IMG/VR virus record: IMGVR_UViG_3300024262_000125
Coordinates: 1-34,448 of that record
DNA from: a virus
Lineage: Duplodnaviria > Caudoviricetes
Strand: one strand, 5' to 3'
Length of the DNA: 34,448 nt
Part shown: piece after piece, positions 8,378-15,844 of the stretch
Position numbering within the stretch: the first letter of the stretch is position 1
Layout: the number at the start of each line of letters is the position of its first letter
Notes under the pieces: generated by a model
Databases searched by the model: none
The model's input: only the letters and a program-made list of their open reading frames with translations
Told to the model about the DNA's origin: nothing
Position numbers and translations under genes: made by a program

Positions 8378-9505
8378 TTATCCTGCCTTTGCAGCCTGTT
8401 TGTCGCTATGTACTTTTGTGATTTCGCGGGTATGAATCGGCAGCCATATCCGCACGGGCAAGCCAAGCTGCTCTATTACGCTGATGATTGCACCCGCATC
8501 TATCTGGCCTGACTTGATACATCGGCTGGCGGTGTGGAGTGTCGCTATTACGTGGCTGCAGGTCCGCAGCCGACCGCTGCGCGACGTCTTGCAGATTTTC
8601 TCGAGCAGCGAGACCGCATCGGAAGTCAGCCGGATTCCGCCGTACTGGTAAAGGCTGCGGATATCCTCGGCTGTATATAATCCACTGCCGCTGTCACCGG
8701 CTAACTGGTCCAGGTTCAGGATGTAGCTGAGGCGCGAGGTAAACTGGTCGAGCGATTCGCAGCCCCGCCTCGTCTTGGGCTGCATAACCGTTTTCAATAA
8801 GTCATTGTTGCCTGCCAATATGAGCGGGCAGCGGGCCTTGACTACGATAATCTGGCGAAGCTGATTCAATTGCTTAACGCTAAGACCTGCCGTTTCGTCC
8901 AGCATAATAATCACATGCCGGTAGACCAGGCTCTGTATCAATCGCTGGGTAATCGTTGCGAGCGAGCCTGCCGAATCGACGCCGACCGTCTCGGCAATCG
9001 CGGCAAACATGGTAGTGGGCGTCATCGCATCGTCGAGCTCCACGTAGATTGTATTGCGATTTGCCTTGGCGTATTGCCGCAGGCATACCGATTTGCCGTG
9101 CCCGCCGTCGCCGACGAGCAGTCCGATTTTACCCTCGTCGTCGCTCAGCGCCTCGGTCTGTATAATCAATGCCCCGACCGCCTTGGCGACGCTCGTCTCG
9201 ACGTAATGTTTATGCTTTACCCGTTTCTTTTTGCGGGCAATGGAATCTATGAGCTGCAGGCCTTTATTGACGAGCTCGTCGATGCCCTTTTTTGCGGTAT
9301 ACTTGCCCTGCAAAAACTGATTGAGCTTTGCGATGCCGACGCCGAGCATTCGGGCCAGCCGGACCTGCGTAATACCTTCATCGTCAATCAAGTCCCGCAA
9401 TTTTACAGCTACTTCAACCGCCACTTTTTTGCTGGATACCATCGGAATCCTTTCCTCTCGCAGAAGGGCGTCGTGCTCGAGACTTTTGATAATATCGTCA
9501 TTCAT
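8378..9505 (-). CDS. MuB-like AAA+ transposition ATPase with N-terminal HTH
   Basis: Walker A GDGGHGKS, Walker B IIMLDE, LILAGN, QFTSR; directly after transposase (ATGAATGA overlap supports start at 9505). Confidence 0.92.
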   Translation of the reverse strand: MNDDIIKSLEHDALLREERIPMVSSKKVAVEVAVKLRDLIDDEGITQVRLARMLGVGIAKLNQFLQGKYTAKKGIDELVNKGLQLIDSIARKKKRVKHKHYVETSVAKAVGALIIQTEALSDDEGKIGLLVGDGGHGKSVCLRQYAKANRNTIYVELDDAMTPTTMFAAIAETVGVDSAGSLATITQRLIQSLVYRHVIIMLDETAGLSVKQLNQLRQIIVVKARCPLILAGNNDLLKTVMQPKTRRGCESLDQFTSRLSYILNLDQLAGDSGSGLYTAEDIRSLYQYGGIRLTSDAVSLLEKICKTSRSGRLRTCSHVIATLHTASRCIKSGQIDAGAIISVIEQLGLPVRIWLPIHTREITKVHSDKQAAKAG

Positions 9506-11477
9506 CTTGCCAAAGTCCCAAATCAACATTGCCCAGTTTATCTTTCAGTAGTGACAAATCAAAATCAATTGCAGCATGCGATGGGCCCCGCTCGTTTAGC
9601 GCCGAGAAATCCAGGTCCAGCACCGTCTTTGCCTCGCTGCCCGCCGCCTTGCGAACCGTCCTGCGGAGCTCCCGGCGGACATGTTCGGCCACCTGGTCGT
9701 CGAGCGGCGTCCGCACCGGCTTGAGCGTCGCCGGCGGACGCTGCTTCGGCGGTTCTTCGCCGGCGTCTTCCATCGCGCGCAGCGTCAGGTCCGTCAGGTC
9801 CATATTCGCTGCGAGCCGGGAATCTTTGTACGCCCTGGCAATCTTTAACGCCCTGCCTTTTTGCTGCATCGCCGTTCGCAGGCTCTCGTCGCTGACGGGG
9901 GCGCCGTACTGGATGAGCCGATTCTGCTCGGCAATAACAACCAGCCTGAACGTCGCTGCGTCGTACACACGGACCTGTCTCAAATCGTCCGGGTCGTAGC
10001 TTACTCGCACTTTTTTACCCTGATGCACCATCAGCTCGGCGTTGTACTGGCCATACCACATGCCGTTGAACTTGACGCCGTTTTTGCCAACCGACAATTC
10101 GCCGCTCCATATCTGCATCAATAGATCCAGCACGCCTGCCGCTAATACCCGTTGCGTCCTCCGCCCTGAAAGCACCTGCGCCGGCGACCTGCCGTCCATG
10201 CCGCGTCCGCTATGTGCGGCATTATTATAGACTTGCGCATATCGCCCGAACATCTCGCTGAGCTCGACCAGGCTGTGGGCCTCGGCAATAGCCTTGTCGC
10301 TCTTTAACAAATCAGCCAGGGGCTCCGGCCTGCGGGCTGTATCCTTGCCGCAATATGTTGCGATGGTTTTCGTGAATTGCTGGTCGATTGTGTCGAATAA
10401 TCGCTCGATGGGCTTGCTCTGCGGATGGTACGGAATCGCGAATGAGACCGCGACGCCCATCATCGCGTAAAGACCGGCGACCATATCTTCGTCGAGGTAG
10501 CCCGCCTTCAGCGCCCGCCGCCTCGCCTTGGTAGTACCGGTCCACGCCTCGGAATCGTAATCGCGGCCGTTGTCGATCTTAACGGATTCCGGCGGTCCGT
10601 ATCTCTCCAGCCCCCGCCTGGCCGCCAGAAGTATCGTCGCCTGGTTCGGCTGGGCCGTTACGTGCCAGCCGACCAGCGCCCGGCTGCGATAATCCGTCCA
10701 CGCCGTCAGCCAGGGTCGAATCCACCGCCCTCGATGGCGAACCCAGCAGTTAAACTGCGAATGGTCGCCCACCCACACCTGGCCTGCCTCGACGCTGTCC
10801 GGGTCGATTTGTACGTATGGTGCGCACCTGGCCTCGTAGGCCGCCTTGCCCTCTCTGTGCAGCACTCGCACGAACATCGGAATCTGTTCTATGACCAACC
10901 GCTGCATCGTCCGCAGCGGCGGTATTCGCCAGAGCTTCTGCTGCTCATTGTTGATAAACCGGATATTTTGCCAGCACATTTTGACGCTGCGCTGCTGCTG
11001 CGTCAGGTACATCGCCTTGAATACGCCGAAGGCCTCCGGGCTGATTGTCTCCGGCGGCGGCTTACCGCCGCCCCGCGAATCCACCAGGCCGAGCAATCCT
11101 TCGGTTCTATACTGCCTGAGCCATCGTCTCATCGTCCTCGGGGGTATCTTCCTGGCGGCCGACCACATAGTCAACGTATCCCTCCGCCTGCGTCCGTTTC
11201 GTTCGGCCGCCGCTGCGAAGCATTCGAATCGTTTGATTAGTCCCAGCCGGGCAATCGCCTCATCTCTTTTTTTAACCGGCACCCCCGACAGCTCGGACGA
11301 ATCGAGCAGCGCCGCCTGTTCGGCGGCAAGCTGGGCCGCCGCCGACACGGGAATGAGCCACCGCCCGTTATCTTTTGTCGCGCCGAGAAATTCGCCCAGG
11401 GAACACATCTGCTGTACCCGTCGCTGCTTCAATCGCAGTCGCCCTGCCGCCTCGGCTATAGTCAAAAATTCGTTCAT
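9498..11477 (-). CDS. MuA-like DDE transposase
   Basis: N-terminal Xis/MerR-like HTH, second HTH (RTMRRW..Y..EG..GL.D.R), catalytic WVGD, IDNGRDY, SKPIERLF; C-terminal V.V.YDP.DL..V.V. Confidence 0.95.
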   Translation of the reverse strand: MNEFLTIAEAAGRLRLKQRRVQQMCSLGEFLGATKDNGRWLIPVSAAAQLAAEQAALLDSSELSGVPVKKRDEAIARLGLIKRFECFAAAAERNGRRRRDTLTMWSAARKIPPRTMRRWLRQYRTEGLLGLVDSRGGGKPPPETISPEAFGVFKAMYLTQQQRSVKMCWQNIRFINNEQQKLWRIPPLRTMQRLVIEQIPMFVRVLHREGKAAYEARCAPYVQIDPDSVEAGQVWVGDHSQFNCWVRHRGRWIRPWLTAWTDYRSRALVGWHVTAQPNQATILLAARRGLERYGPPESVKIDNGRDYDSEAWTGTTKARRRALKAGYLDEDMVAGLYAMMGVAVSFAIPYHPQSKPIERLFDTIDQQFTKTIATYCGKDTARRPEPLADLLKSDKAIAEAHSLVELSEMFGRYAQVYNNAAHSGRGMDGRSPAQVLSGRRTQRVLAAGVLDLLMQIWSGELSVGKNGVKFNGMWYGQYNAELMVHQGKKVRVSYDPDDLRQVRVYDAATFRLVVIAEQNRLIQYGAPVSDESLRTAMQQKGRALKIARAYKDSRLAANMDLTDLTLRAMEDAGEEPPKQRPPATLKPVRTPLDDQVAEHVRRELRRTVRKAAGSEAKTVLDLDFSALNERGPSHAAIDFDLSLLKDKLGNVDLGLWQDE

Positions 11478-11884
11478 AGAGCCAGTCTCGCCATTCGCTG
11501 AATCTTCCTCACCTTTTTTCGCGCCGACGGGGTCAGCGTAAACTGCCGGTCGTAATCGCCGCCCGGCCCTATCACTATCGGCGCCGGCTCCGGCATCTGG
11601 TTGACTACCGTCCAGCCCGCCTGCGGTACCGGCTTATCGACTCCGACTGCCAGCCAGTAGCGGTACGTATGGATGTGCCAATTGCCGTCGGCAAGGAATT
11701 GTACAACCTCGAACCCCCGGTCGCATTTAGCGCACCAGGTAAAGTAGTTGCGTACAGTCCTGCCGTAACGGTCCGGCCCCTCGAACGTTACCGAATAGGC
11801 CGGGACCCGGCTGAGGCAATTCGGACAAACAATATCCGGCTTTGGCTCGGCCGCCGGCATTATCTCGTCTTTGAAACTTACCAT
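11474..11884 (-). CDS. Zn-ribbon-containing hypothetical protein
   Basis: CPNC...CAKC; TAATG overlap supports start at 11884; ATGA overlap with transposase. Confidence 0.65.
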   Translation of the reverse strand: MVSFKDEIMPAAEPKPDIVCPNCLSRVPAYSVTFEGPDRYGRTVRNYFTWCAKCDRGFEVVQFLADGNWHIHTYRYWLAVGVDKPVPQAGWTVVNQMPEPAPIVIGPGGDYDRQFTLTPSARKKVRKIQRMARLAL

Positions 11885-12081
11885 TAGCAATCTCTCCGTT
11901 CGTACTCGCCGCACCAGCTAGCCGCGTGCGTCCTTGGGTATCCATCGCCCCCCGCGAGTGGTGGATACCGCCTGCATATAGCGGTTGCGCGAGATCTGTC
12001 GTTTTTTTGCGGATGCCAATATGCGCACGTACCACAGCATTCCTTTTCTGTTTCATTAACGCTGTCGTCTTTCGCCATCAT
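11884..12081 (-). CDS. Small Cys-rich phage protein
   Basis: CxxCxYW...CRRYPP...YP.T....WCGEY pattern. Confidence 0.75.
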   Translation of the reverse strand: MMAKDDSVNETEKECCGTCAYWHPQKNDRSRATAICRRYPPLAGGDGYPRTHAASWCGEYERRDC

Positions 12082-12491
12082 TCAGCTCCGAAAATCCTCG
12101 CGTCGATTTTTCTCAGCGCTCGTTTGAGCGCGTTGAGTTTTTCAAGTGATACCGCCGCATATTGCTTGTTGTGGAACCCTGTAACTTTGCGGGCGTATTT
12201 GGCTGATTTGCATAACTCAACGGCAATACTAAGCGCTTTTATCAACACGGCCGTATCGGCCTGGTAAATCCTCTTTTTTGTCTTTTTGCTCCGCAGGTTC
12301 GTGACGAAACGAGTCAGTTCCTCGGCCGTCTCTTTACCGCACCCCCGCACGTCAATAAACCGGCGATTTTCAGATTCGAGAATCAACTGCTGTTTACTCG
12401 CAACGCCCAGCCTCCGCAGCACCGCAATGGCCCTTCTGCTGAGTGAGTCCGGCAGCTCGAGCGAACCGATTTTTGTCGGTCTTTTATCCAT
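12078..12491 (-). CDS. RNA polymerase alpha C-terminal domain-like (HhH) protein
   Basis: LSRRAIAVLRRLGV.S..QL...F..VRGCGKETAEEL aligns by eye with the alphaCTD pattern LSVR..NCL....I....DL......L....N.G.KS..EI; start set at ATG 12491. Confidence 0.72.
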   Translation of the reverse strand: MDKRPTKIGSLELPDSLSRRAIAVLRRLGVASKQQLILESENRRFIDVRGCGKETAEELTRFVTNLRSKKTKKRIYQADTAVLIKALSIAVELCKSAKYARKVTGFHNKQYAAVSLEKLNALKRALRKIDARIFGAE

Positions 12492-13194
12492 AAATAAAGC
12501 CTGTCCGGGCGGGCCGGGAACAGCGCCAGACCGCGCTGCCCCGCCCACCCTCGTCTATAAGGGTTATGGTTGAGCCCGCTGCACAGCGGGCCTGTCTTTC
12601 AATAAGACCGGCGGCGGGAGACCATCGCCGCCGGCTGGTAAAGGAGACGTTGTATCCTGTGTGAATTTTCAAGGCCGGAAGGCATGGGCGTCCCTGCCCC
12701 GCCGACCGGCTTTTCCGAACCCGCACCAGAGAATAATTCCAGGGCCGGGGTTGAGTGGCGCACTTCCCCGGCCCCATTCCAACAGTATTCTCGCCGATAA
12801 TTGCGGCCTGCGGCACGACCCTGCAGCTTTCTGGCTTCGGGGCAACGACCGCAGGCGTTGTCAGGAGACCACCAATAATTGCGGCCTGCGGCCGCCCACA
12901 CCCAGTCACGACCGCAGGCCTCGTCAGGAGGACATTGCAAGAAAGCGAAAAAGCCAATAAGGACATCATGCTCTGGCGGAGGATTTTGCGAGCCTCAATT
13001 TTTGCCTTTACTACGTCAGGATTACAGGCCAGCTTACGAAGGGCCTCTCGCACGCCCGGTTCTACTATCATATACAACAAAAAGGCTGCGGCGGCGGAAG
13101 GGCTATAGTCCTTGCTTGGTTTGTGGAATTCTCGCCATTCGCTCAGTAACTTTTCGGGAAAGTTGAACGACCTTTTCAAGCATTTTTGCTGCAT
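12484..13194 (-). CDS. RHH-like regulator (first ~75 aa) with an open frame running through the hairpin array
   Basis: GAGG SD before ATG 13194; KRSFNFPEKLLSEW strand-helix; the C-terminal portion derives from GC hairpins and may not fold. Confidence 0.5.
   Translation of the reverse strand: MQQKCLKRSFNFPEKLLSEWREFHKPSKDYSPSAAAAFLLYMIVEPGVREALRKLACNPDVVKAKIEARKILRQSMMSLLAFSLSCNVLLTRPAVVTGCGRPQAAIIGGLLTTPAVVAPKPESCRVVPQAAIIGENTVGMGPGKCATQPRPWNYSLVRVRKSRSAGQGRPCLPALKIHTGYNVSFTSRRRWSPAAGLIERQARCAAGSTITLIDEGGRGSAVWRCSRPARTGFIYG
12507..12930. repeat. Array of seven GC-rich stem-loops, two of them duplicated units
   Basis: Stems at 12507-12546, 12574-12591, 12608-12634, 12671-12713, 12742-12774, 12806-12856, 12883-12920; 18-bp direct repeat ATAATTGCGGCCTGCGGC at 12797 and 12875; ACGACCGCAGGC at 12845 and 12908; GTCAGGAG at 12860 and 12923. 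Confidence 0.85.
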
Positions 13195-13217
13195 ATAACC
13201 CTCGTTATGCACGGTGT

Positions 13218-13258
13218 TTGATTTTTCCCTTGACTTTGGCCCTAACTCCTGTTATCCT
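13218..13258 (+). promoter_or_regulatory. sigma70-type promoter antisense to the early operon
   Basis: TTGACT (13230-13235), 17 bp spacer, TGn-TATCCT (13253-13258). Confidence 0.7.
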
Positions 13259-13264
13259 CTGGTT

Positions 13265-13345
13265 TTGCATACCATATCCTTCAGCGGCACGAAGCCGAAA
13301 AATCCAAAGCCCCCGACGGGTCCTTAGCCCGTCGAGGGATTAATT
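13265..13345 (+). ncRNA. Putative ~80-nt antisense sRNA (sar-like)
   Basis: Lies downstream of the promoter above and ends in hairpin CGACGGG-TCCTTAG-CCCGTCG (13314-13334); boundaries inferred. Confidence 0.45.
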
Positions 13346-13563
13346 AGCTCAGCCGTGCCCGACGGCTGAGCAGACTCACTATTATTCAATTGTTTGGTGC
13401 CGTTGTTATAATGTTGAAGCATAAAATTCATAGCCGCCACCAGCCCCGCCTTGAAATTGGTATAGCCCAACCGGATGCGCAGGGCCTCGAATTGCTTAAA
13501 CGTATCGCTGTTCCTCTCCAGCTTTACGTCTGCCGTTTTGTAATTGCTCGTTTCTTCATTCAT
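13324..13563 (-). CDS. First early gene, RHH (Arc-like) regulator candidate
   Basis: KTADVKLE strand + TFKQFEALRIRLG helix + FKAGLVAAMNFML helix; first ATG downstream of the leftward promoter. Confidence 0.6.
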   Translation of the reverse strand: MNEETSNYKTADVKLERNSDTFKQFEALRIRLGYTNFKAGLVAAMNFMLQHYNNGTKQLNNSESAQPSGTAELINPSTG

Positions 13564-13591
13564 CGTTTTTTGTCCGTTCTCATTCCGTTTA

Positions 13592-13619
13592 ATTATCGAC
13601 ACGCAAGCGTGCATGTCAA
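13592..13619 (-). promoter_or_regulatory. Leftward early promoter with palindromic operator in the spacer
   Basis: Minus strand TTGACA, 16 bp spacer, GATAAT, with an A-tract upstream; CACGC-AA-GCGTG palindrome at 13600-13611. Confidence 0.7.
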
Positions 13620-13673
13620 CACTTTTTTTACACAATTACACGCCAAAGTACGTAACTTACTATTATTACGTGC

Positions 13674-13701
13674 TTTACAACCGAAAATTTTTTTTTATCA
13701 T
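13674..13701 (+). promoter_or_regulatory. Rightward promoter giving a probably leaderless mRNA
   Basis: TTTACA, 16 bp spacer, TATCAT, ending 7 nt before ATG 13709; no SD. Confidence 0.55.
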
Positions 13702-13708
13702 ATTCATT

Positions 13709-14062
13709 ATGGCTAAAAGGAAGGATATTCTATTAACAGATTCGGCCAAACCCATAGCTGACAAATTGAGCAAAAGGGCATCTTTAAAGCTGGTCTTGTC
13801 GGCAGGTATAATTTGTCTAAATGAACAGAGCCCAGAGTCCCGCGAAAGATTCCTTGACTTGGCATCCGGTACGCTTCCCGGAAACATCCCCGGTAGGATT
13901 CAATCGGAAAAGTTGTTTACTGCAATCGAAAAAATTGTAAGCTTGAGCTGTAAAAACACTACGCAGATTTACAAAATTCTATCCGATGGTGAAAGAAAGG
14001 CCCTCGATGAACTACACAGGCAATTAGGCCCTGAGCCGTCAAAAAGGGCGAAAAAGGCATAA
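13709..14062 (+). CDS. Candidate immunity repressor, RHH-like N-terminus
   Basis: Divergent from the early operon; KRKDILLT strand + two helices; AT-rich; start set at ATG 13709. Confidence 0.6.
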   Translation: MAKRKDILLTDSAKPIADKLSKRASLKLVLSAGIICLNEQSPESRERFLDLASGTLPGNIPGRIQSEKLFTAIEKIVSLSCKNTTQIYKILSDGERKALDELHRQLGPEPSKRAKKA

Positions 14063-14415
14063 AAACTAAATGCGAAAATTGCGGTGCTTTAAGCGAAATT
14101 CCCAAAGAGTATCTTGGCAGAACGATAAGGTGTTCTGTTTGCAAAGAGCAATTTCTTGTAAAAAAATACGAACCTCCCCTGCAAAGATCTCAAAATGAAA
14201 CTCCTCGAAAACAGGTTTCTTCCGGCCCTATCAAATGTCCGAGATGCGGCTGTATGCAAATCACCGCGAACAAAAAAGGGTTTAGCGGCGGAAAAGCAGT
14301 CGGCGGCGCTGTTTTATTGGGTCCGCTTGGAATACTTGCAGGTCTTCACGGTAGTAAAAAAATCATGCTTACCTGCCTTAACTGCGGTAAAACATGGCCG
14401 GTGGAAAAAAATTGA
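14059..14415 (+). CDS. Double zinc-ribbon membrane protein lacking a canonical start (not in ORF track)
   Basis: IKTKCENC...IP.EYLGRTIRCSVCKEQFLV (MJ0042-type ribbon) + CPRCG...KKGFSGGKAVGGAVLLGPLGILAG...CLNCGKTW; frame open only from 14035. Confidence 0.8.
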   Translation: MKTKCENCGALSEIPKEYLGRTIRCSVCKEQFLVKKYEPPLQRSQNETPRKQVSSGPIKCPRCGCMQITANKKGFSGGKAVGGAVLLGPLGILAGLHGSKKIMLTCLNCGKTWPVEKN

Positions 14416-14451
14416 TTTTTCCCTTGACGTCATTCGGGCCGATACTATATT
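14412..14451 (+). promoter_or_regulatory. Late-operon promoter candidate
   Basis: TTGACG (14424-14429), 16 bp spacer, TATATT; 17-mer TTGATTTTTCCCTTGAC identical to 13218-13234. Confidence 0.65.
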
Positions 14452-14498
14452 GACCCGATAGAGCGGGTGTCCTTAGCACCCGCCCTCGCCGAGTAATC

Positions 14499-14547
14499 AA
14501 GCCCGGCGGCTGAGAAGACTCAACTTAGTCGCGGGCTTTCTGTCTTT
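14499..14547 (+). terminator. Intrinsic terminator/attenuator in the late leader
   Basis: AAGCCCG...CGGGCTT stem with inner GCGGCTGAG/CTTAGTCGC pairing, followed by TCTGTCTTT. Confidence 0.6.
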
Positions 14548-14594
14548 ATATCCCCCGCGTAAACGGAATGTCTCATTTTGAAAGGAGTCAGACA

Positions 14595-15161
14595 ATGCAC
14601 TTCAAAGCCCTTTTAACCATCGTTTTAACCCTATTTGTGCCGCTGTTATTCTTGGGCGGCTGCGCCGATTCGCTTCGCTTCGCGCCGAGCGAGTCGCAGA
14701 AACAGACCGCCGAGTTGACGCACCTGCTGGCGGCAAAGGTCAACGCTGAAGGCGCTGTGCCTGCCAGCCCTGCGACGACGCAGTTAGTTGCAGGCGCCCG
14801 CGCCGCCGTCAGCTATATCGGCCGGCCGGACAGCCCTGCGGACCCGGAACAATTCGATACGACTGCGGCGCAGGCCAACGCCGATGCGCTCGGACGCCCG
14901 GACCCCTGGACCGTCGCCGATTCGGCGCTCGAGCTCGGAATCGGTATCGCCGCCCTGGCCGGCGGAGTTTCCGGCGCCAAGGCCGTCAAATTCTTAAAGA
15001 CGGCCCAGGAAAAGTCCAAGGCCCTCCAGGAAATCGTCCAGAACAACGAGGTCTTTATGAAGGCTGCGGACGCCGATACCAAGCAAAACTTCAAGATCGA
15101 GCAGCAGGCGCAGTCGCCGGCAACGAAACGAATTGTAACCGAGGTTAAAGCGGGGGCCTGA
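14595..15161 (+). CDS. Lipoprotein with a further hydrophobic segment (lysis-cassette position)
   Basis: AAGGAG SD before ATG 14595; hydrophobic signal ending LGGC lipobox. Confidence 0.75.
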   Translation: MHFKALLTIVLTLFVPLLFLGGCADSLRFAPSESQKQTAELTHLLAAKVNAEGAVPASPATTQLVAGARAAVSYIGRPDSPADPEQFDTTAAQANADALGRPDPWTVADSALELGIGIAALAGGVSGAKAVKFLKTAQEKSKALQEIVQNNEVFMKAADADTKQNFKIEQQAQSPATKRIVTEVKAGA

Positions 15162-15162
15162 T

Positions 15163-15543
15163 ATGTCACCGACAATGCAGGTATTCGCAATCTTGCTGAG
15201 CGCCGCCGCCACGCTCATCGGCTCGCTGGTATTATTGAACCTCCGCCAGTTGAAACACTCTTTGGGCAAACAGGAGCTGCGGGTCGAACATACCCGCGAC
15301 AACGTGACGACGCTTGCCGAGAAAATGAGCGAATGCAAGGTGGACTGTGAGCGCAGCTTTGTCAGCGCTGAATTGTTTTTGCGAGAGACCGGACTTGCCC
15401 GACGCACGATGGAGAATCTCTCCACGTCGATAAGCCGGATGGAAGGCACCCTGACTATTGTGGAGAAGATTCCGCAGATTTGCGGCGATATAACCCGCGC
15501 GGTAATCCGCGAGATGAATAACGGAGCCAAGAAAAATGACTGA
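15163..15543 (+). CDS. N-terminal TM, coiled-coil protein (Mu gp25/DUF2730-like position)
   Basis: Single TM helix followed by coiled coil; synteny upstream of gp26/gp27. Confidence 0.65.
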   Translation: MSPTMQVFAILLSAAATLIGSLVLLNLRQLKHSLGKQELRVEHTRDNVTTLAEKMSECKVDCERSFVSAELFLRETGLARRTMENLSTSISRMEGTLTIVEKIPQICGDITRAVIREMNNGAKKND

Positions 15544-15844
15544 TGACCCGCATACCGCCAGAATCAAACAGACCCGCTGCCTGATTTTGAGCAACCTCAA
15601 TCGGATGTACCCGACGCCTCTGCAGGTCAGAAGGCTTCATCGCGTCATGACCGGCTTCGACGAGCACTACGATATGGAGCTGCTGAAAAAGGACCTGACT
15701 TATCTCAAACAGAAGGCATACATCTATTACGTGGACGAACGCATCGGCGGCGCCGACAGCTTCGAGAAAAAGTTCGTTTCCCTGACCGCTGAAGGCAAAG
15801 AAATCGGTGATCGCACGGCAACCGACCCGGCACTGGAGATATAG
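15536..15844 (+). CDS. Mu gp26-like winged-helix protein
   Basis: R.LIL..L...L.YL.QK.YI...LTAEG.EI......P pattern and synteny. Confidence 0.7.
   Translation: MTDDPHTARIKQTRCLILSNLNRMYPTPLQVRRLHRVMTGFDEHYDMELLKKDLTYLKQKAYIYYVDERIGGADSFEKKFVSLTAEGKEIGDRTATDPALEI

Noticed and set aside
8870-9724. 284-aa plus-strand ORF and similar antisense ORFs over MuA/MuB
   Set aside because: Shadow frames of GC-rich genes with clear function on the opposite strand
12797-12930. CRISPR mini-array
   Set aside because: Only two related units, the variable part sits inside the stem rather than between repeats, and there are no cas genes; kept as a hairpin array
12507-12930. tRNA genes in the structured region
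   Set aside because: No cloverleaf, TTCGA T-loop or CCA end recognisable
13544-13708. Upstream extensions of the two divergent regulators (starts at 13544 and 13635)
   Set aside because: They run through the AT-rich promoter region upstream of the predicted transcription starts
14195-14461. 88-aa ORF in the track
   Set aside because: Alternative frame over the motif-rich zinc-ribbon gene and the late promoter
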